A stretch of DNA of 64,000 nt. It comes from Basidiobolus meristosporus CBS 931.73. Lineage: Eukaryota > Fungi > Basidiobolomycota. The stretch covers positions 121,106-185,105 of the forward strand of contig MCFE01000074.1 of assembly GCA_002104905.1 (NCBI GenBank), in the 5' to 3' direction. Shown here piece after piece: positions 51,540 through 60,595 of this stretch. The translations under genes were made by a program, and so were the position numbers. Within the stretch, counting starts at the first letter, position 1, and the number at the start of each line of letters is the position of its first letter. The notes below the pieces were generated by a model. The model saw only the letters and a program-made list of their open reading frames with translations. It searched no databases and was not told the origin of the DNA.

Positions 51540-53117
51540 ATGTCCTCCGATTACATTCCCGTTTCCACGGATACTCTAGATGACCCCATCTTGGAGTCTG
51601 AAACCCAAGGCTTCGACCTGCTACCAAGCGAATCCTATGAGGAGCAAGATCTCCCGCGTACCATGGGCGTATTTACAGGGGCCTCGATGGTCATTGGTTT
51701 GATGGTGGGCTCTGGAATCCTCTCAACTCCTGCGCTCGTCATAGCAATGGTCGGGTCGCCAGGGGCTTCACTGTTGTTATGGCTTCTGGGTGCCATAGTC
51801 ACCTTAGGGGGTGCTATGGCATATGTAGAAATGGGAGTCATGTGGCCCCAGAACGGAGGCACTCAGCATTACTTGGCCCACGCGTACCCCAAACCAAAGG
51901 CTTTACTATCGTACGCTTTTATATGGTGTATATTGTTCGCGGCACGGCCAGCCTCAATTGCCGCCAATGCGCCGGTATTCGGAAAATTCGTCTTGTTTGC
52001 AATTTTTGGCAGTCCTACTGACAAGCGAACGGAGTCATACGAATGGCTATCAAGATTCATTGGCTTGATTGCCATCACATTCCTACTAGCGTTAAATTCG
52101 ATTTCCGTAAAGGCAGCGCAACGTTTTCATGCTTCCTTGACATTGATAAAAATCGCTGTGCTTCTCATAATCTGTGTATCCGGTTTGCTGGGACTCATGG
52201 GGATTATTCAAGTGCCAGAAGAAGCAAAGAAGAGCTGGGCCCACCCGTTTGCTAACACTAGCCTTACTGTTGGATCCACGGCATCGGCAATGCACAAAGT
52301 ATTCTGGGGCTACAGTGGTTGGACCAACTTGAGCTACAGTCTAGGCGAGTTACGCGATCCCAGCAAAAACCTGCCTAGAGCGACGACGCTTGGCGTAGGG
52401 CTTGTGTCAGTTCTATACATACTGGCAAATATTGCATTTTTTGCGGTTGTGCCCATGTCGCTGGTGCTGGAGTCCAAGGAAATTCTGGCTGCCGAGTTTA
52501 CGTATATACTGTTTGGCGATGTTGCTGGGAGGGTTATTCTACCCTCGTTGATTGCTATTTCAATGTTTGGCTCACTTAGCGCTCAGATATACGTTGGAGC
52601 ACGAACTGCTTTGAGCGCAGCTAAAAGCCAATACCTGCCGTATTCCCAGCTTTTCTCAGGCCTACACCCAACGTACGGAACCCCTATAGCCGCTTTACTC
52701 CTCAACTACCTTGTGGTGCTGGTCTATTTATTCAGTCCGCCTCCAGGTGACACTTTCGATTTCCTTATTGGATTTGTTCAATATCCTACGTGGTTCTTCT
52801 ATGGGATGTCCGTATTTGGTTGTTTACTACTGAGAAGAAGTCAACCTCACCATCCGAAGAGATCATTTAAAGCAAGCAAAGTTCTTGCAATTCCATTCAT
52901 TGCCACGTGCATCTTCCTGACGATCTTTCCGTTTTTCCCTCCGGCCGTGTCCAAGCCCCACACGGCGTATCCGTACTGGTTGTCGCCAACCATGGGACTA
53001 TTGGTGATAATCATAAGTACTTTGATGTGGTATTTGAGAATGATTTGGTGGCCGAAAAGAGTGCATCACGACACTAGAGGGTGGTACGACTGGTTAAAGT
53101 CCTGGATTAGTGTATAG
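51540..53117 (+). CDS. APC-superfamily amino acid permease (LAT/Mup1-like), intronless
   Basis: GLMVGSGILSTP, YVEMGVMWPQNGG, FWGYSGW..GELRDPSKNLPRA; about 12 TM segments. Confidence 0.9.
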   Translation: MSSDYIPVSTDTLDDPILESETQGFDLLPSESYEEQDLPRTMGVFTGASMVIGLMVGSGILSTPALVIAMVGSPGASLLLWLLGAIVTLGGAMAYVEMGVMWPQNGGTQHYLAHAYPKPKALLSYAFIWCILFAARPASIAANAPVFGKFVLFAIFGSPTDKRTESYEWLSRFIGLIAITFLLALNSISVKAAQRFHASLTLIKIAVLLIICVSGLLGLMGIIQVPEEAKKSWAHPFANTSLTVGSTASAMHKVFWGYSGWTNLSYSLGELRDPSKNLPRATTLGVGLVSVLYILANIAFFAVVPMSLVLESKEILAAEFTYILFGDVAGRVILPSLIAISMFGSLSAQIYVGARTALSAAKSQYLPYSQLFSGLHPTYGTPIAALLLNYLVVLVYLFSPPPGDTFDFLIGFVQYPTWFFYGMSVFGCLLLRRSQPHHPKRSFKASKVLAIPFIATCIFLTIFPFFPPAVSKPHTAYPYWLSPTMGLLVIIISTLMWYLRMIWWPKRVHHDTRGWYDWLKSWISV

Positions 53118-53571
53118 ATGCTCCAGTCGTAGAAGTGCCACGAGTATTTGTATAAATATCTAGCATTAGCAATTTCTGGTCAAGTGAGTAATAAATCCCA
53201 TGCCGAAGCTGAACATCACACATGTTGAAGAAGTTGTCTACTATGACCTCCCTGATGAAATACTTATTTCCATCTCGAAAAGCTGGATTTCTACCTAATT
53301 ATGTACAACCTTGATTATCTTGAAACAATCCCAAGTCTTTAGGTGATTAGCCATCACCGCTATTGTAAGAAATGTTATCCAAATTCAACCCTCTGAGTAG
53401 GGATCGATAATCATGGTTCGATCATGAATGAGCAAACAAGACTTCCCTAACCTCGGAGAGCCAAAGGATACGAAAGTAAATGTAAATACAGATTGGACAG
53501 CTATTGAACCAATGGATGTAAAGTGTGACGGCGTTTTGAAAGCTATTCCTCTCCTTCAATTATTGCTCTAG

Positions 53572-53926
53572 AACTTCGTGGAAGCTACGTTACTCATCAA
53601 GAGACAGCAGAGCCAGGGCTCGCTGGCGTTGCTCCTGCATTCCATTTGACCACATCTTTGAAGGAGTTCGTAAGACCACCCTGGATGTGTTTGCTCATGA
53701 CGACTCTGCCTCAGTTCATGCACCGCATGGCCGAGTTGATCTCGAAGCGCTTCCCTGAAGTCCAAGATGTGTACTATGCATTCCCCAACAGCCACCACTT
53801 CACCACCAACCTTACACCCTTCAATCTTCCCAATGCTGGCCAGGAGATAACCATTTTCTCACCAGTGACTGACTTCTCCGGATACATCACTGCCATTTTG
53901 CGGAGTACCTACCACTTATCCTACAG
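53572..53926 (+). pseudogene. Urate oxidase (uricase) C-terminal exon remnant
   Basis: ARWR..FDHIFEGVRKTTLDVFAHDDSASV, then a frame change, then MAELISKRFPEVQDVYYAFPNSHHF..FSPVTDFSGYITAIL. No N-terminal exons seen. Confidence 0.72.
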
Positions 53927-53956
53927 GTATATTTTACCCTGTAAAAATATCAGATA

Positions 53957-54028
53957 GCCTGCTTAGCGCAGTGGTAGCGCGTCAGTCTCGTAAACTGAAG
54001 GTCGCCAGTTCAATCCTGGCAGTAGGCA
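53957..54028 (+). tRNA. tRNA with anticodon CGT (nominally Thr)
   Basis: Complete cloverleaf: GCCTGCT/AGTAGGC, GCGC/GCGC, TCAGT-CT-CGT-AA-ACTGA, GCCAG-TTCAATC-CTGGC. Confidence 0.93.
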
Positions 54029-54142
54029 TAATTTTGCATCTTGATGTTGATCAATTTATTTCCAGCAAATTTTCAAAATTCCCATAACTCTGCTCGCTTA
54101 TGCTTACACATGGTATAAGAAGTTGTGGGGGCCATTTCGTAT

Positions 54143-54173
54143 GTCAAGTTCTTCGGGACCTCTGACACTTGAA

Positions 54174-54204
<31 letters not shown>

Positions 54205-54267
54205 GGCCCCTGCACAAGGATGACACGTAAATCTTGAGTGGACACCTCTTCGGAGGTCATTTTTTTT
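54143..54267 (+). ncRNA. U6: U6 spliceosomal snRNA
   Basis: ATTGGAACGATACAGAGAAGATTAGCATGGCCCCTGCACAAGGATGACACG core, 5' UUCG hairpin, T8 terminator. The 5' end is approximate. Confidence 0.95.
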
Positions 54268-54771
54268 GTACTCTATCATTCGAGTTACCCGGAAAAATGC
54301 TCAAAATACGTGTGACTGTAGCTCAAGTACTAACCCTAACTACTCATGCAGATTAATTGGCAAAGCACATGACCAAAGAACGTTTCTTGACTCATTGATC
54401 TGGAATTACCGTTAAAAATGTAGTACATACACGCTTTATTAAACATCTCTATGAAAAATCATTTGCTTGAAATTCACCAGATAATATGCCGGTATTCCAA
54501 TGCTATTTCGCTGTCATTGAGCTGGTGATTTTTTTTCTTTCAAATTTTTTGTTGTAAATATTTGCAAAAGTAGCAAGTAGATTATTACCAAATTTGGTAT
54601 GAATGTTGATTAGTCTAGCCTGCTTCTAGAAAATGATTTCCTCTCTGCCAAATAGCCAGTGCATAAGATATTGATTGTTGTAAGCTTAGTGAAACATAGA
54701 ATTCTGCTTGCCTTTAGTTGATATTTTTCTTAGTGATTCTTTACATTTCTATTCCTTTGAATGGTATCTAC

Positions 54772-55194
54772 TGTTGTGAAAATTTGTAATTCCACCTAAA
54801 TATTCACCTAACTTAGTCACTTAGATCATTACCTTCAAATCCTAGAGAATACTGACCAAATTCCTTGTCAGGATTTACTTTGAGTATTTTCACCAAAATA
54901 CCAGGTACCCAAAACATGATAATTCTCAAAGTTGTCCAAACAGCCCAAACTTTGCACACATGTTGTTGGGACCTTCCTTAACCTATTCTATGTGCTTGTA
55001 ATGCCAAGACCAGGTAAAAGTATAAATACTACTTTTACATTCAATAATTCATTAAGTGAAAACCACATAATCTACTTGTTCTCCAAATCACTTCCAATAT
55101 CTCCAAGACTCTTACAACAAATATCAGGTATTCAGAACATGAAAATTCTCAAAGCTGTCAAAACAGCCCCAAACTCATCACACATGTTCTTGGG
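54772..55194 (+). repeat. Copia LTR (54772-55119) followed by a second partial LTR piece
   Basis: TGTTGT...ACAACA, same family as 6995-7342. The following ~75 bp match the LTR interior. No 5-bp TSD. Confidence 0.88.
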
Positions 55195-55557
55195 GGGGGG
55201 GAGAGAGCCACCAACAGGTGAAATCTTTATTTCAGTTGAAACAAAGAAGCCAGTGCTACTGTTGTAGCTTTGATACAAGAGTGTGCAGCCAAGGGGAATT
55301 TGTAAGTGAGCTAACAAGAAGTGATGATAGTTCTTTAGTGCTCAAGACACTGTTCAGTGGGAAGGGTGGTAGCAAGAGGGGTAAGAATGATTTGTGAGCA
55401 ACATTAATGAGGGGAATTTGATATGAATTGATACTCATCATGAAGGGAGTGTGCTGCTTCAGATATTGCTGCCAAAGGTCAGTCAAGTACTTCAGGTAAG
55501 CCAGCTTGGGTTTTTCTGACAGCAGAATATAGGGAGCAAACTTCTTGACTTCAGGAT
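55192..55557 (-). mobile_element. Telomeric LINE family A, 5'-truncated 3' fragment
   Basis: G10 tract, family-A 3' terminus and ORF2 C-terminus; aligns to 60599-60960. Confidence 0.9.
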
Positions 55558-55602
55558 TTAGGGGGGAGACAGTCACCAACAGGTGAAATCTTTATTTCAG
55601 TT
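55558..55602 (-). mobile_element. LINE family A, 45-bp 3'-terminal stub
   Basis: TTAGGGGGGAGACAGTCACCAACAGGTGAAATCTTTATTTCAGTT matches the family-A end. Confidence 0.85.
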
Positions 55603-55950
55603 AGGGGAGGGAAAGTCACCAAGGTTGGTGAAGTCTTTATTTGATTTCAGACAAGTCTAACTACAAATAAAGAAGCCAGTAGGGAATAGAAGATTCCCAA
55701 AGTAAATACTAAGTTGAATATGAAAAAATCCAAGCTAAAGTTAAGGCAGTATCCCAGAGTACACTGGAGTTCAGGTTCATGGGGGAGTGAAATAAATAAG
55801 CTTGAGGGATATAATAATCTTTAAGGAAGTGGGTAACAGCAGGTGAAGGTGAGTTTCTGATAAGTGAAGTAAATCTAGAGAGCAGAGATTCTTCTAATGA
55901 GAAGGTCTTGTAAACTGGAGAATCAGGAAACTCTTTAAAGGCATGTCGAG
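55601..55950 (-). mobile_element. Second telomeric element family (C), 5'-truncated, ORF C-terminus
   Basis: Variant of the shared 3' motif; ~79 open codons on the minus strand (RHAFKEFPDSPVY...LAWIFSYST*) not similar by eye to family A. Confidence 0.65.
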
Positions 55951-55956
55951 TAGGTG

Positions 55957-56480
55957 TAGGGGGAGGAAAGTCACCAAGTGGTGAAATCTTTATTTACTTA
56001 TGACAAGTATCTAAAGAAGCCAAGTTAATCTGAAGTTATTCCTAGAAAGCTAGATCTGAAAGATATCTTCCTGGTAAGCCAGGTCTGCGAGTTGAGAAGC
56101 TGAGTGGTACTATATTTCCTAGTTAGCTAGGTCTGAGAGAGGTTTCCTGGAAAGCCAGGCCTGAGAAGTTAGAATTTGAATATATCTCAGCTAAGGTATG
56201 CTGGTTTGCGGTAGCTGAATTGTGACCGGAATGGCCAGTAGACTGGGGGAACTGAGCGGAATTTCTGGGCAATCACTGGCCAAATTTACTAGGCAAATCT
56301 GGCCAATTAGCATTTCAAGGATTTCTGCCAATCAGAGCCTTTACTTTGCCCAATGGTTGATCAAGCCATCTCCCAATGAGCACACATCAATTTATTAATC
56401 AAATTTTGCTGGATCCAGGATTTGAACCCACAACCATGGGTATGGAAGGGTTAGGGATAACCACAAGGCTAAGTGTTCTT
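55957..56480 (-). mobile_element. SINE-like element B, copy 1
   Basis: Pol III A box (56461-56471) and B box (56418-56428) on the minus strand, non-coding body, LINE-like 3' end. Confidence 0.78.
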
Positions 56481-56494
56481 GGTTAGGGTAGTGC

Positions 56495-59360
56495 TAGGGG
56501 GGGAGACAGTCACCAACAGGTGAAATCTTTATTTCAGTTGAAACAAAGAAGCCAGCGCTACTGTTGTAGCTTTGATACAAGAGTGTGTAGCTGAGGGGAA
56601 TTTGTAGGTAACTTAATAAGAAGTGATGATAGTTCTTAAGTGCTCAAGACACTGTTCAGTGGGAAGGGGGGTAGCAAGAGAGGTAAGAATGACTTGTGAA
56701 CAACATTAATGAGGGGAATGTGATAAGGATTGATATTCATCATAAAGGGAGTGTGCTGCTGCAGATATTGCTGCCAAAGGTCTGTCAAGTACTTCAGGTA
56801 GGTTAGCTTGGGTTTTTCTGACTGCAGAATGTAGTGAGCAAACTTCTTGACTTCAGGATCTCCAAGTATAGTTCTCCAGCAGGAGCCAGGTGTTGTGTGG
56901 TGTGTTCTCTTCCAGGCCTTAATCAGTGGGTTGTTGCAGTTGTGAAGTCTGAGGTATAATCTGGTTCTAAGGTAGAGAAGTCTGATCTTATAGGGCATAA
57001 GCCCAAAAGCACGAAGAATAGCATGTCTATAGGGGCATTCAGGCAAATGAGGCACCAAGGAGGTAATGCACCATACTGCAAACTTCTCAAGCTTAGTGCA
57101 GTCTCTAGAAGTAAGAGAGAGAAGTGGTAAGCCAAATTCCAGGACAGGGAAGACAAACTGCTTGAGTAGAAGGAGGCAGCTGGGAGCTGAAGTTGTAGGA
57201 GGAGTAACAGCCAGTAGCTTGTGGAGTGCCTGTCTTGCCAGGATAATTCTCTTCTTCAGGTGTGCTCCAGAGTCTAGTCCAGTAGGAAGGAAAGGAAAGC
57301 CAAGATATGTAGCAGAAACCTGAGCAGGTGGAGTGGAGTTCTCCAAGTTGATGGGAGAGCCCAAAGGTACTGTCTTTGCAATGGAAAGCTGAAGATTATT
57401 CTTCTGCAGATACTGGTGGATGGTCTGGGAGTCTTGTTGCACATTGGAGGAGGATATTCTGATGTCATCAGCAAAGACAGTAACCAGGCAGTCAGCTGAG
57501 AGTTTTGGGAAATCATTCAGGAAGATCGCAAACAGTTTAGGACCAAGCACAGAGCCTTGAACCACTCCATTAGGAACTGAGAACACAGCTGATTGCTCAC
57601 TTGGGTGCAGAATTCTTGCATGTGGATCCAGAAATAGAGACCTGACAAGGAGGGTGAGAGAGGTACTGGAGAAGCATTGCAACTTGGACCAAAGCAGATT
57701 TCTGTCAACTGAATCAAAGGCCTTAGTAATATCAAACAGAACTGAGGGATACTTGCACTGGAGAGAGTGATCTTGGCAAAGTATGACTGCATATTCCAAG
57801 GAGAGGCCAGGAACAAAGCCAAACTGTGCAGAATGAAACTTGAGGGAGTCAGAGTAGAGCTCCTGAGCAAGCAGTAGCTCAAACACCTTTCTGCAGGTGG
57901 GCAGCAGAGATATTGGCCTGTAGGAGCTAGGATCCAGGTGCTTTCCTTTACCCTTGTACAGTGGCAGAACATTTGCAAAGGACCATTCCTCAGGAGTAGA
58001 AAGCTGGGCTGAGCATTGCTGAAACAGTGGAAGCAGAAGTGCAGACATGGCCTTGGTACTAGTCTTCAGAAGCTCATAGGAGATTGTGTCCACACCTGGA
58101 GCAGTAGAGTTGGGAAGCCTCTTGAGTACATTATGGATTCTCCCTTGATCAAGTGCAAGTGGGATGGGCAGAGTCTTGAAGTCAGGATGAAAGCCAGGAG
58201 TTGAGTACTGCTTTGTAGAGAAGAAGATGTTAGCCAGCTGTTCTGTTGAAGGTAACTTCCTGGAAGAGGGCCTCATTGCCCTGTAGAGTCTTGATACTGT
58301 TCTTGTTATAGAGTTGGAAGATTGCAGAGGCAAGGAACTCATAATATGATCCCAGAGCTGAGTATGCAGTGTGTGATGAATTGCCATGGAGTGGTGTATT
58401 GCTGTCAGGAAGAGTTTCTCTGTTTTTGGGTTAGGGAAACTCAGGTAGCTTTGTTGCAGGGCTGAAACAATGGATTCTCATTTTCTTGAGGTAACAGCAG
58501 TAGTCTTGCATGGCAGTGAGAGGGAGGCAGACACCAGAATCAGATGCTTCACAAAGAGCCAGGCATAGTTGAGATCATCTGGCAGAGAAAGTAGCAAACT
58601 GGCAAGCTTCAAGTAGTTCCCAAAGTCTTTCTTCTGATTCTTGGTAGCTTTGTGGGTGAGCACAGTAAGTTTTGGCAGCTTCTTCTTCACAACAGGTTGC
58701 ATAGAAAGGGACCAGGCTGGGTGGTCAGAGGCTCTCAAGGATCCTAGCTCAGCTCCAGAGAATTGCTTAACTTCATCCACAAAGTAGAGGGCAGCAGCAG
58801 AAGGGCAGATCCAGTCAACACATCTTTTCTCAGATTGAGCACCTAGTGCTAGCAGATGGCTTTCTCTCAGGAAGTTCAGTAGCAATGTAGACCTTGGCTT
58901 CATTCTTGCAGTCAGAGTAGTCTTGTTCTCAGGATGGGGAATGTTGAGATCTCCAAGCAAGATAACAGGTGTTGATATAGATTGCTGGTATTGTTGAACT
59001 TTCTGGCATATAACTTGCACTTCCTGAAGGGCACAACTTGGAGGCAGATAGCAGAGCACCAGACTGATAGTTGGTAACTGGAGAGCAGCACAGTAAGGGG
59101 AGTAAAGAGGAACACAGAGCTGAGGAGTATTGATGGTAGAAGAGATGAAGCAGATAGAGGAGGTATTCTTTGTTCTAGGAGTAGAAAAGCAATATAGATT
59201 AGTCAAAAGTATAGAGGGTAGCTGGACATCAATCAATCACCGGAGGGAAAATCTTGAAAGAAGTCTCTCTAGAGTTGGTCTTGATGGCTGTATGCTGTTG
59301 CAGTTAAGCAACAGAACTTCAGGTAGTCAGGCAGAGGTTGTAGCTTCTTCAGAGGCAGCA
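56495..59360 (-). mobile_element. Telomeric LINE family A, long copy with premature stops
   Basis: Colinear with 60596-63538. Stops near 59240, 58478 and 56636 split the APE-RT ORF. Confidence 0.95.
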
Positions 59361-59363
59361 GGG

Positions 59364-59890
59364 TTAGGGGGGGAGGAAAGTCACCAAGTGGTGAAATCTT
59401 TATTTACTTATGACAAGTATCTAAAGAAGCCAAGTTAATCTGAAGTTATTCCTAGAAAGCTAGGTCTGAGAGATATCTTCCTGGTAAGCCAGGTCTGAGA
59501 GTTGAGAAGCTGAGTGGTACTATATTTCCTAGTTAGCTAGGTCTGAGAGAGGTTTCCTGGAAAGCCAGGCCGGAGAAGTGAGAATCTGAATATATCGGAG
59601 CTAAGTTATACTGGTTTGCAGTAGCTGAATTGTGGCCGGAATGGCCAGTAGACTGGGGGAACTGAGAGGAATTTCTGGGCGATCACTAGCCAAATTTACT
59701 AGGCAAATCTGGCCAATTAGCATTTCAAGGATTTCAGCCAATCAGAGCCTTTACTTTGCCCGATGGTTGATCAAGCCATCTCCCAATGAGCACACATCAA
59801 TTTATTAATCAAATTTTGCTGGATCCAGGATTTGAACCCACAACCATGGGTATGGAAGGGTTAGGGATAACCACAAGGCTAAGTGTTCTT
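59364..59890 (-). mobile_element. SINE-like element B, copy 2
   Basis: Near-identical to 55957-56480 (offset 3410). A box 59871-59881, B box 59828-59838. Confidence 0.78.
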
Positions 59891-60595
59891 GGTTAGGGTG
59901 TAGGTGTTATAGTAAGGGCTAGGACAAGGTTAGAAGAGCAGGGGGTCTGGGGGACGCAGTCCCCTAGAGAATAAAAAAGCAGGGGGTTTGGGGGATGCAA
60001 TCCCCCATACTGCTCTTATACTCTTTAAATTCCCGTTGGATTACTTTTCTCTCATTCTTGGTTCTGGTCCCTTAGGGTTAGAATTCCTCCTCCTAACCCT
60101 TATCACCCTAACCATAAATATTTTTACCCTACAATTGGCACATTGTCTGCTCATATGGTGGGCATGTCTGGGCCAATATTTGTCTCCCTATACTGTCCAT
60201 ACGCTCTGTATAAGTCTTGATGACTATTTAATTAATAAATTGTTATTTTTAATATATATCTAATAATTAGTGGGATTCATCCCAATCTGACCACAATCCC
60301 ATATTTTGATAAGCTTCGGGCACCATAAATTGCGCGGCCCTAATATGATAAAAAAATTCATGGCCAATACAAATTTTCTGTAACCCGATTGCTTTTACCA
60401 AATATAAAGTGTATCTAAAAGTTCAATATATATTATGGCTATAATAGAAACTTTATTTGACACCATTGCAACTACTACTTATGTTCTATGCGCACATGTA
60501 TCCCGCGGGAATTGTAAAACTTAGCCACGTGGTACAAAAGTGCTTTAATTTTTCATCATGATAGTTTTACATGAGTTCCTAACGCACTTTGAAAG
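59891..60595. repeat. Subtelomeric module D (non-coding; degenerate telomere repeats, double hairpin)
   Basis: 59891-60162 recurs at 63545-63816 (offset 3654). Begins GGTTAGGGTGTAGG. Confidence 0.75.

Noticed and set aside
54767-55124. Clean solo-LTR insertion with target-site duplication
   Set aside because: Flanks TCTAC and AATAT differ, and the right flank is more LTR sequence.
59950-59967. Helitron 3' end (hairpin + CTAG)
   Set aside because: CTAG overlaps the hairpin instead of lying downstream, and no 5' TC end or RepHel sequence was found.
60060-60120. Telomerase RNA template (CTAACCCT, CCCTAACC) in module D
   Set aside because: Only short partial repeats, more simply explained as degenerate telomere sequence; no pseudoknot support.
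59891-60200. Hammerhead or HDV ribozyme in module D
   Set aside because: No CUGANGA/GAAA core on either strand by eye, and I could not build an HDV double pseudoknot. An Infernal search would be needed.
59988-60263. 91-aa hydrophobic ORF in module D
   Set aside because: TTG start, low-complexity T-rich sequence, and truncated in the second copy.
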